Source: Pseudomonadota bacterium (GTDB lineage: Bacteria > Desulfobacterota > Desulfobacteria > Desulfobacterales > RPRI01). From it: a stretch of 64,000 bases of DNA. Within the stretch, counting starts at the first letter, position 1, and each line of letters starts with the position of its first letter. The position numbers and the translations under genes are program-made. Below are positions 28,176-37,122 of the stretch, piece by piece. The stretch spans positions 128,001 to 192,000 of the forward strand of contig JBDRRF010000079.1 in the NCBI GenBank assembly GCA_043825875.1, in the 5' to 3' direction. The notes under the pieces are model-generated. The model saw only the letters and a list, made by a program, of their open reading frames with translations, did no database searches and was not told the DNA's origin.

Positions 28176-29270
28176 ATGAAATGCTTTGTGTATTTGTCCA
28201 GAAAGCTATGTTTAGCTGTTGTGTTTTGTTTCGGGTTGAACTTGTCAGCCGGATTGGCGGCTGAGCAAGGAACAGGTGAAGGGGTTCCCAGCGAAGTGTC
28301 AATAAGCACGAATAATTCTCCAAAGATCCTGTTCGAGGAATTATTTTTTGATTTTGGAAAGGTTTCCCAAAATACGCTGCTTGAACATATATTTGTATTT
28401 AAGAATATCGGCACCGGAGTTTTGCACATTTATAATGTGAAAGCGGGCTGAGCCTGTACAGCAGGCCTGGTCTCTGCCAGAGAGATTCCCCCGGGAGGGG
28501 AAGGAAAAATAAAGCTTAACTTTAAAACAAGCAACAAGTCAGGTAAAAGGACCCAGACGGTTAGAGTCGCCACGGATGATCCTGAAAATGCAAGCATCCA
28601 GCTTAAGATAAGTGCAGAAGTCGAGATAAGGCTGGAGGTAAAACCGGACAGGATAAATTTCGGCCGGATAAAGAAAGGGACAGAACCTTCAGCCCAATAT
28701 ATATCACTTAATGGAGAGGACAAAAATACTACCGAAATCCTCTCTGTATCTTCCAGCAACAAAGATATAAAAGCAGAAATAACTCTTTCCGATCCCGCAG
28801 GCAGGCGTCAAATCCAGCGTGTTAAAGTTTCTGTACTGTCCGGTATAAAAGTCGGTAGATTCAGAGATAACATCACACTTAAAACCAATCATGAAAAAAT
28901 GGATGTTCTAAGCGTATATGTATATGGAGAAGTTATCGGTAATATATCTGTAATTCCGAATTATATCTCCTTTGGCATGTTCAAAAGGGAGGAGAAATAT
29001 GAAAGATCCATAAGACTGAAGTCTGCTCCGAATACGACTTTCAATATCCTGGATGTAAAAACTACGCCCTATGTTAAGGCCGAAGTGTCGACCATTAAGG
29101 AGGGTGAGGAATATATGGTTCAGGTTTCAATGGATGAAAATTTTAAGGGTGATTTTTTGAGGGGAAAAGTACTTATAATCACTGACGAACCGGATCAGGC
29201 CGAGATTGAGGTTAATATTTTCGGGAGGGTTTTTTCACAGCAACCCATAGATATGCAAAAAACTAAGTAG
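28176..29270 (+). CDS. DUF1573-domain exported protein with in-frame UGA (probable selenoprotein, U-x-C), 364 aa
   Basis: FDFGKV..HIFVFKNIG..VKAG-UGA-ACT..IPPGGEGKI; frame stays open after the UGA at 28449 and joins the tracked ORF 28899-29270. Confidence 0.8.
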
Positions 29271-29412
29271 TGTCCGTCCATAAACGGCATCTTGTGACAC
29301 ATATCTGCGTTCTCGCGTTTTTGAAATACTCGACGTAAGCCCATTACGCCTGCGTTTTCAAAAACGCTGCGGCCGTGATCTGAGCCGCAATCTACCATTT
29401 CTGGACGGACAC
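29270..29412. mobile_element. 143-bp MITE-like element, family B
   Basis: TIRs GTGTCCGTCCATAAA / TTTCTGGACGGACAC; 6-bp TSD TAAGTA (29264-29269, 29413-29418). Confidence 0.88.
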
Positions 29413-29541
29413 TAAGTAAATTTTTTCCGGAGCGTTTTACAGACGCAGATCGGATAGATTGCAGACGGTAAATATCGTAATTGAAATATCAGAGCACTTT
29501 GCGCCAAGACATTTATGCCTGGCGCAAAGTGAGCAGATTAT

Positions 29542-31290
29542 TTATCGACGGTTACTCGGTTTTCCCCAGGAGAAGTGCTGCCGTGTTTCCCTGCATTTCC
29601 AATTCGATGCATCGTTTACGTCTCCACCGCGGAATACTGCTTTGCTGGGATAGGGACAAAGTAAAAATGTTCGCGGCGGCGCTGTGGGGGCCGAATTTGT
29701 GATCAGCTCCTTGGGCGGCTTACCCTGCTCCACCCAGCGAACTATGGCCGCTATAGCCTGTTCAGGAGTATCTTGCGGGCCAGGTCCGCCAGCGCAATGG
29801 AACACGCCTGGTGCGATAAAAAGACGGGCAAAAGACTGAGTGTGTCCGAAACCGTGTTGAGATTGTGCCAGGTCTTGATAGTACCGGATCATGTTGAATG
29901 CCGAGATTCCGTTGTCGCTCACGCCATGCCAGAAAATGATCTTGCCGCCGGCTCTTCTGAAAGAGTCCAGACGTGTAGGATCTGCAGTTCCTGAGCCAGG
30001 AAAAACTGCCTCAAAGGTTTCGAACCAATTTGTTACGTCCGTTTTACTGGTAAAATCGAATGTCGTCCAATCGTAGTCCAGACCAAACAGCCCGCGTGAG
30101 TAAGTGTCAAACATGCCTAATCCGGCTGGGTTATAGGGATTGCCCGGTGTCCAATATTCGGGAGACTGCAATCCGATAAAGAATGGTGACCAGCCGCTTG
30201 GGTTTGAGAGGGTGTATCCCAGGTAACTGTATCCGAATAAATCCACACCTTTCAGTATGAGTTTAAGGGTATCGATCTGGGGCGGAGTGAAGAGTGGATG
30301 TGGATGTGAATGTGGAGGTTCTAAGGGCCATGGAGCGTCGACCATTATGCTTGCCCAATCCTCAAAATCTAATTCTATTACCGAAGGATCCCAGATAAGA
30401 CCGTCTATGGCCCCATCGGCTCCGTCATATTCATCCACAAGTATCTGCTCGAACGCTAACAACTGATTATAAGAGATCCATCTATCAGGCACGTCACGAA
30501 TATAAGCGGCGATCATGCCGAAGAAGAAGGGGTTCCCTGCGTTGATTCCGGGTGCGCTGGAAACGACCCCGTCAAAATCTTCAGGATACTCGATGGCAGC
30601 TACATTACCCATGCGACCGCCGCCTGAGCACCCTTCGATATACCGGTACAGGTCACGCTTTTTCGTTCCAAGACCGTAATAGGCCCGGGTGATGTGCTGT
30701 GTGGCGACTGCGGTAACATGGACGCCACGCTTGGCATAGTCCAGTGCCTGGGTCCGATCAACGGCGAAAGTCCAGTCGAGCATGGATTCCATCGTGTTTT
30801 CACCATGGTGACCATCATCAGTGCCGGCGACCGCAAAGCCTTCATCCAACCGAATGTCCGGCGGATCAGGAACGTATCCCGCCGCCCCACCCAAACCGAC
30901 GAAGAAGTACCGGTTTTTGAAATTATCCGGCAAGGCAACCATAAACTTGACCCCGTCATCGGGGTATACGCCATCCGGGTATTCCGGTGTAGCAAGATCG
31001 GGATTCGTAAATCCCTCTGTGTCAATCCAACCGTCGACACGACAGTAATTAGACCCTTCAGGTGTCGACAATGATACTGCGGTTTCAATGATTACGTTGC
31101 TTCCGGGCGGCATTACTGATTGGATATCCGCAACATTACATCCAAGAACATGTGTGGGCGGTCTTGGACAATTTTTCTTCGATGCCTTTCCGATTCCTTT
31201 GGCCAGTACAGAATCCGCAGACCAAAAAATGAATGCCAACAAAAGAAACCATCTGAAACACTTCAAAATGCTTATTTTATTTCCCATCAT
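29542..31290 (-). CDS. secreted tannase/feruloyl esterase family hydrolase
   Basis: GCSGGG nucleophile, HGVSD acid and GVFHC histidine (CS-D-HC signature), LCPYP motif; signal peptide. Confidence 0.9.
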   Translation of the reverse strand: MMGNKISILKCFRWFLLLAFIFWSADSVLAKGIGKASKKNCPRPPTHVLGCNVADIQSVMPPGSNVIIETAVSLSTPEGSNYCRVDGWIDTEGFTNPDLATPEYPDGVYPDDGVKFMVALPDNFKNRYFFVGLGGAAGYVPDPPDIRLDEGFAVAGTDDGHHGENTMESMLDWTFAVDRTQALDYAKRGVHVTAVATQHITRAYYGLGTKKRDLYRYIEGCSGGGRMGNVAAIEYPEDFDGVVSSAPGINAGNPFFFGMIAAYIRDVPDRWISYNQLLAFEQILVDEYDGADGAIDGLIWDPSVIELDFEDWASIMVDAPWPLEPPHSHPHPLFTPPQIDTLKLILKGVDLFGYSYLGYTLSNPSGWSPFFIGLQSPEYWTPGNPYNPAGLGMFDTYSRGLFGLDYDWTTFDFTSKTDVTNWFETFEAVFPGSGTADPTRLDSFRRAGGKIIFWHGVSDNGISAFNMIRYYQDLAQSQHGFGHTQSFARLFIAPGVFHCAGGPGPQDTPEQAIAAIVRWVEQGKPPKELITNSAPTAPPRTFLLCPYPSKAVFRGGDVNDASNWKCRETRQHFSWGKPSNRR

Positions 31291-31523
31291 TTTTTACCCT
31301 CCTTAAATTATGTTTTCACAACTGTGGTTGTTGTGCTCTCGAATGCTTTTTCACACACAAAAGATGTTTCTCGGATCGGCAAAATACGGAACTGCATTTC
31401 TTCTTAGCTGATAATAACTAAAGCCATAAGCACTGGAATGAAAAGAACTGAAATGAGAAAGACTGATGATAAATCAACTTATATATCTGATACATGAGGG
31501 TCAACCTTGAGTCAAGGGGAAAT

Positions 31524-31580
31524 AATATGGGGGAAAAATATGGGGGAAAAATATGCCTTTTATCGCATATTTTTTCCCCA
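31524..31580. repeat. direct plus inverted repeat upstream of the esterase gene
   Basis: AATATGGGGGAAA x2; 16-bp inverted arms 31541-31556 / 31565-31580 with one mismatch. Confidence 0.6.
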
Positions 31581-32042
31581 ATTTTGAACTGTATTGCCCG
31601 CTCTGAATGACACCTGCGCTGCCATAGCATAGCTTAGTGTTCCCATTATTTGAGCTGTAGGAGGATTTTTCCATGATATTTCAGGATATGTGCATGGGAT
31701 GCCGGGACTGCATTGAAGCCTGTCGCTCTGAATGCTGTTATTATTAAAAATGGTACTTGATAAATTATATCCATATAAGTGCATTCCCTTTAATGAAATT
31801 CTATTTCCAGACTTGAGAATAAACCACCTTCGGGCATATCGGAAAAGTAAAAGTGGTATGGGGTCGCATCTTAACGGGCTGTTGCCCAAACCGATATGGG
31901 TTTGTTAAATATTACTTTTATTGTGGCATATTTTTTTATAATAAAGTACTATTATTAATATTAGTGCTTGAATGTATAATATACTTCTGTTATAAAAGAT
32001 ATAACAAATCATAACGGTGAATTAAACTTATAGAGAATTAAG

Positions 32043-32137
32043 GTCAAACCTTTAATTGTGATTTAAAGAATAAATCTCCAACCGCTGTATTTTTGTGCTT
32101 CTTAATCACTAATCAAGGTTTGACACCATTGACACCA
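32043..32137. repeat. REP-like palindrome
   Basis: GTCAAACCTT..GTGATT / AATCAC..AAGGTTTGAC arms followed by TTGACACCA x2. Confidence 0.5.
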
Positions 32138-32196
32138 TTTACTTTAATATTATGCCCGTTGGGCGTTTATATTCATTTTAAATTCAAAACGGACAA

Positions 32197-32277
32197 GCCA
32201 GAACCAGGCGTTACATATTGACCGGGAACCCGGGGTGGCCTTTTTCCATTGGGTTCCCGGTAAATGAACTTTTAGAA
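32197..32277 (+). other. degenerate attC-like hairpin
   Basis: AAC-N5-GTT(A)CAT..ACCGGGAACCC / GGGTTCCCGGT..ATGAAC with an extrahelical base; R' end eroded. Confidence 0.45.
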
Positions 32278-32311
32278 GCAAAGCCAATAATCGAAACCAG
32301 GATAAATAACT

Positions 32312-33418
32312 ATGGATTCTTTTCACTGGGGAGCACATTTTGTAACTGGATTGACAGAAGTTGATGAACAACACCATCATCTTGTCGATATCATTAATCA
32401 GTTTAGCAGTCTGCTGGCAAAAAATGTAATACATGCCGGGGATGTAGATCGTCTATATAATCAGTTAGCCGATTACGCTGTATACCATTTCCAGGGAGAA
32501 GAAAAATTGATGTCGGAAGTCAAGTTGGATGCCCTTCACTTGAATCACCATATTGATGTGCATAAAGGCTTCCTGGATGACGTTACATCAATCTATTCCA
32601 GTATCTCTATAGATAACCTTGATCAGGCCAGCACTTTTCTGAAATTTCTCATACATTGGCTTGCCTATCATATTCTTGGTGAAGATCAGGATATGGCAAG
32701 GCAGATCAAGGCTGTACAATCTGGCATGAGTCCGCATGAAGCATACGAAAAACTGGAACAGGAAAGAGATAGCGCTACGGCACCACTGCTCGAAGCATTG
32801 AATGGTTTGTTCGAGCAAGTGTCGATACGAAACAAAGAGTTAAAACAACTGAACGAGTCGCTTGAAGAAAAAGTTGCGTTACGCACCAAAGAACTATCTG
32901 AGGCCAACCTGCATCTTGAAGAATTGTCTTTAACGGATGTTTTGACCGGTCTCCCCAATCGCCGTCATGCCATGCGGAGTCTATCCAGCCTTTGGGATGA
33001 AGCATTGCAAAATGATTCTTCCTTAGTTTGTATGATGATAGATGCGGATCATTTTAAAGAAGTAAATGATGCTTATGGCCATGATGCCGGGGATCAAGTA
33101 TTAATAGAATTGGCTAAAACACTCCGGCATTCCTTGCGAAATGATGATGTTGTTAGTCGCCTCGGTGGTGATGAGTTTCTTATTATCTGTCCTAATACAG
33201 ATATAGAAGGTGGAATGCATATCGCAGAAATGACCCGTAAAACCGTATCGGAACTTCGAGTACCAACTGGGGGTAAACCTTGGCATGGCAGCATTAGTGT
33301 TGGCGTTTCTTCCCGATTGCCTGACATGAAAAGCTATGAAGAGTTAATTAAGGAGGCTGATAATGGCGTATATGCTGCTAAAGAAGCTGGGAAAAATTGC
33401 GTAAAAACGGTAGGCTGA
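32312..33418 (+). CDS. bacteriohemerythrin-GGDEF diguanylate cyclase
   Basis: VDEQH, HFQGEE, HIDVH and WLAYHILGED hemerythrin ligands; DADHFK.VND.YGH and RLGGDEF motifs. Confidence 0.93.
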   Translation: MDSFHWGAHFVTGLTEVDEQHHHLVDIINQFSSLLAKNVIHAGDVDRLYNQLADYAVYHFQGEEKLMSEVKLDALHLNHHIDVHKGFLDDVTSIYSSISIDNLDQASTFLKFLIHWLAYHILGEDQDMARQIKAVQSGMSPHEAYEKLEQERDSATAPLLEALNGLFEQVSIRNKELKQLNESLEEKVALRTKELSEANLHLEELSLTDVLTGLPNRRHAMRSLSSLWDEALQNDSSLVCMMIDADHFKEVNDAYGHDAGDQVLIELAKTLRHSLRNDDVVSRLGGDEFLIICPNTDIEGGMHIAEMTRKTVSELRVPTGGKPWHGSISVGVSSRLPDMKSYEELIKEADNGVYAAKEAGKNCVKTVG

Positions 33419-33499
33419 TACATTTTTTAAAAGGTGTACGAGCTTCTATCAAGGCGGTTGCAACTGATCGCTGGGGCTGGGCCGCTTGGTGGAATATTC

Positions 33500-33620
33500 A
33501 TCGCGGTAGGAATGCGGGTTACCCTGCACCCACCGCACAGATCCCGGCGTACCCTACTAACGCACCGGGCTACTACCTCAAGTTTTAACGAAAAGATGCT
33601 ATGGCGGATAACAGTGACAA
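33500..33620 (-). mobile_element. group II intron 3' remnant (domains V-VI)
   Basis: Minus strand AGCCCGGTGCGTTAGTAGGGTACGCCGGGATCTGTGCGGTGGGTGCAGGGTAACCCGCATTCCTACCGCGAT: DV, DVI and terminal AY. Confidence 0.8.
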
Positions 33621-33862
33621 ACCATAGCTGAAGGTATCCATTAGGTCAAGGGGGCAAATCCGCTCTTGACTCACCTTGATTAAAATAGTTCGGTGTCACT
33701 GATTTGCATTATTTTTTTATGGATGGCAGTTAATCATTTTTTTACGTCAATGTCCAACCAGCAAGTTTGGGCAGCCTCACAAGTAAATGCAATATCAAAG
33801 ATGGGGGGAACCGTTTTCAAATTGAAAACCAATATAATAAATGATTCAGTAGAAAGGTTTTA

Positions 33863-34674
33863 ATGTCGAATCAAATTAATTCTCGAAATCAAGCACAAAT
33901 TGTCTATTTCTCCCACGGAGGCGGACCCTTGCCAATTCTCGGCGAAGCCAGCCACAAAGCAATGGTAGAGTTTATGCTCCAGCTTCCTTCCCGGCTGAAG
34001 AAACCGGATGCTATCCTCGTCATCAGTGCCCATTGGGATGAAAGTATAGCAACATTGTTAGGCGCAAGTACTCCTCCCATGTTTTACATTATTATGGTTT
34101 TCCTGATAAAGCTTATGAAATCAATTACCCAGCCCCTGGAAGTCCCGAGCTTGCGGATAGGATAGCCAGCCTGCTGATCAAAAACAAGATATCGGCTCGT
34201 ATAGATCCTCAGCGGGGATTTGACCACGGCTTATTCATACCACTGAAACTGATGTATCCTCAAGCTGATATTCCTTCGCTGCAACTTTCGCTATTGCGCG
34301 GTCTTAATCCGACGGCGCATATAGCCCTTGGCAAAGCGTTGCGGGAATTGATGTATGAGAATATCCTGGTGATTGGGTCCGGTTTTTCATTCCACAACAT
34401 GAAAGCATTTTCTTTGCAAGGAATTAATACACCGGATCCAGCCAATGAGGCCTTCCAAAATTGGCTGATTGAGGTATGTGCCGGCCCAATATCCCAGTCT
34501 GAACGTGAACAATTTCTGATTGAGTGGCAGAAAGCCCCTTCGGCGCGCTACTGTCACCCCCGTGAAGAACATTTATTACCACTACATGTGTGTCTTGGCA
34601 TGGCGGACAAACCGGCTTCAACAATATTTGATGACTACATCCTGGGCAAGCGTGGAGTTGCGTTTTTATGGTGA
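33863..34674 (+). pseudogene. DODA/LigB-type extradiol dioxygenase, frameshifted
   Basis: SHGGGP, SAHW, RGFDHG, GSGFSFHN and HPREEHLLPL motifs; one base missing at 34087/34088 in the expected FYDYYGFP. Confidence 0.85.
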
Positions 34675-34741
34675 GAATAAAGCACACAAATAAGGCGATC
34701 TCCACCCAAGATAAACTTATTGATGTTTTCAAGAGGAATAT

Positions 34742-36295
34742 ATGAAACGTATTGTTGGATTAATTCTCATCTTTGCAGTACTTATCTTCACTAACACAGA
34801 GTTCCGCGCTTATGCTGCTACCGATGAAAATTTTCAGAAGCGCATCTTAGCTTCCAGCCATGCTTTTATGATCGCCCGTGCCGGTCTTCAAAGGGCTGTT
34901 GATTTTGCCCGCTCCCGGTCTGACCTATTCAACCAAAATAATATTAAAAAGAGCTATCTTTTAACACGGCAGGAGAAGCTGGCTATCTGGAATACCTGGA
35001 GTTCCGTACTGAACAGCATGGCTGCTTTGGATACGATTCGAAGTGAGTGGAAAGAATTTAATTTGTTCCCGGATAAATACCGGCGTAATACCTCTTTTAT
35101 CCTGAACCACGCCACTTTCCTGGCCAGCTACAGATATGCTTTGGAATTTATTGAGTTGTCAGACAAGAACTCCAGCTTAAATATAATACTTGACGAGGCT
35201 GTCCCTGAGCTTGGCATCGAAGCCGGTAGTTTTAGCTGTTTCAAACTTCGCTTCCTTAATGCTGCTATTGCAACAGAATTTTCTGCACTCCGGATCATCA
35301 GCAAAAAGTACGCAGCAGATGGAACATCATCAAAACTTAGCACCATTATTGAAGAAGACAGCAACTACATCTGGAAGATGGGTAAAGGAACCGGCTATAT
35401 CCTAACCATAAAAAATGCTTTGGCAGTTGTACAGAAGGCCACATTTGTGGCCTGGTTGCCTGTTCAAAAGAACGTATCGGAATGGATGGGGGATACTAAA
35501 GTGCTTCGCAAAGGGACACACCTTATCTCCGGCGAGCAAATAGAATCAATGAGAAAGCGGCTCCTTCCCGGAGATATCATTTTTGAACGGCACGAATGGT
35601 ATCTGTCCAACATGGGGCTTCCTGGTTTTTGGACCCACGCAGCCCTATACGTGGGCACGCCTAAGGAGCGACGTTCTTTTTTCTCCGACCCGGAAACGAT
35701 AGCATGGGTTAAAAGTGAGGGGATCGCCAACGGCGATCTGGAAATACTTCTAAGCCAACGCTATCCCAAGGCCTATAAAATTAGTACCACACCGCAGGAG
35801 AGCGGACATGCGCCCTGCGTTCTGGAGGCAATATCTGAGGGAGTATCATTTACTTCACTTGAGTTTTCAGGAGCTGCCGATTCAATCGTGGTGCTCAGGC
35901 CTATACTTATGAAACCCGAAAAAGCCGCGGCTATACTGCGTGCGTTTCACTATAGCGGACGGCCTTATGACTTTAACTTTGACTTCGAAACCGATGCTTC
36001 TCTGGTGTGTTCGGAATTGGTGTACAAGGCCTATGAGCCTGGGCCTGGGATAAAAGGAATTAGATTTCCTATATCCGAGATAATGGGGAGAAAGGTGAGC
36101 ACACCAAACGAAATGGTGCGCCAATTCGACGAACAATACGGAACCAAAGACGCCCAGACCGACTTTGTGCTCTTTCTTGACGGCATTGAGAAGGAACAAT
36201 GTGCTGTAGAATCCACACTTGAACAGTTTCGGATAAGCTGGCACCGCCCTAACTGGCATATTCTCATACAAAAGATGCCGGAGAAATCCGAATGA
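34742..36295 (+). CDS. exported permuted NlpC/P60 (YiiX/YebB-like) cysteine hydrolase
   Basis: PGDII, WTHAALYVG, EAISEGV and GRPYDFNF..LVCSELVY motifs (His before Cys). Confidence 0.8.
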   Translation: MKRIVGLILIFAVLIFTNTEFRAYAATDENFQKRILASSHAFMIARAGLQRAVDFARSRSDLFNQNNIKKSYLLTRQEKLAIWNTWSSVLNSMAALDTIRSEWKEFNLFPDKYRRNTSFILNHATFLASYRYALEFIELSDKNSSLNIILDEAVPELGIEAGSFSCFKLRFLNAAIATEFSALRIISKKYAADGTSSKLSTIIEEDSNYIWKMGKGTGYILTIKNALAVVQKATFVAWLPVQKNVSEWMGDTKVLRKGTHLISGEQIESMRKRLLPGDIIFERHEWYLSNMGLPGFWTHAALYVGTPKERRSFFSDPETIAWVKSEGIANGDLEILLSQRYPKAYKISTTPQESGHAPCVLEAISEGVSFTSLEFSGAADSIVVLRPILMKPEKAAAILRAFHYSGRPYDFNFDFETDASLVCSELVYKAYEPGPGIKGIRFPISEIMGRKVSTPNEMVRQFDEQYGTKDAQTDFVLFLDGIEKEQCAVESTLEQFRISWHRPNWHILIQKMPEKSE

Positions 36296-36313
36296 TATAA
36301 ATTGGAGATATTT

Positions 36314-36877
36314 ATGAGCTATAAACTTCTTTTGAAAGACGAGGGAGATATAGATTTAACTTTTACTGAAAACCATGTTGTTATTGCCCCGGTTGACGGG
36401 AAGGCAGAAGAGATCCGTTTTGGTGATATAAGAAAAGTTCATCTTACTCCGGTTCGGAGAACTTCGAATTGGCATTTCCCGCCAGCGTGTATTATTATAA
36501 CAGACAATAACAAATATAAATTTACCACTCGAAAAGGTGTATATCATACTTTCACCAGTATGGCCGAATCAAGCAATGAAGACCTGGATATTATGACAGG
36601 TATTGCTCAGGACCTTCACAAGGTATTAGTAAAAAAACAATTACATAACAACATCAACTTTAAGCTTGGAGGGACGCAACATAAAGCTGTAATTTTTATT
36701 TACCCTCCGTTTGCAATTATTACTGTTCTTCAGTGGAAAGAAACCAGCTTCTTTATAGAATCAATTTGCATCGCGGTTGTGCTTTATGCTCTTTTTTTAT
36801 GGATGGTAAAAGACAGTAATTACAATCCTGAAAGAATGGCCAATGAAGAAGAATATACATCATTTCTTTTATCATAG
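36314..36877 (+). CDS. hypothetical membrane protein
   Basis: GGAG SD, 187-aa ORF, two C-terminal hydrophobic segments. Confidence 0.6.
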   Translation: MSYKLLLKDEGDIDLTFTENHVVIAPVDGKAEEIRFGDIRKVHLTPVRRTSNWHFPPACIIITDNNKYKFTTRKGVYHTFTSMAESSNEDLDIMTGIAQDLHKVLVKKQLHNNINFKLGGTQHKAVIFIYPPFAIITVLQWKETSFFIESICIAVVLYALFLWMVKDSNYNPERMANEEEYTSFLLS

Positions 36878-37122
36878 AAGCTCGTGATTATAGCGTTTGT
36901 CAGAATAATGTTCCGGTTCGAGTTGTAGTTTTTTGTTTTTCCTTTCAGTTGCTTTCATGGTATCATGTACCGGCGGTGTGCCCCTGTGCGAGTGATCCAC
37001 AAGGTGGATATAAATCAATTCACGTTCGTTTAACTGAAAAAAGTCGAAAGAAGTTAGGCTACGTTTTTTCTAAATCATCATAATATTAGCCAAAAACCAA
37101 GTGGGAAAATAAAGGAGGAATC

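Noticed and set aside
31560..31889. 109-aa minus-strand ORF
   Set aside because: No recognisable motif or SD; could be a decayed gene but cannot be supported
26672..33620. One large group II intron spanning both remnants
   Set aside because: The 5' remnant is on the plus strand and the DV/DVI remnant is on the minus strand
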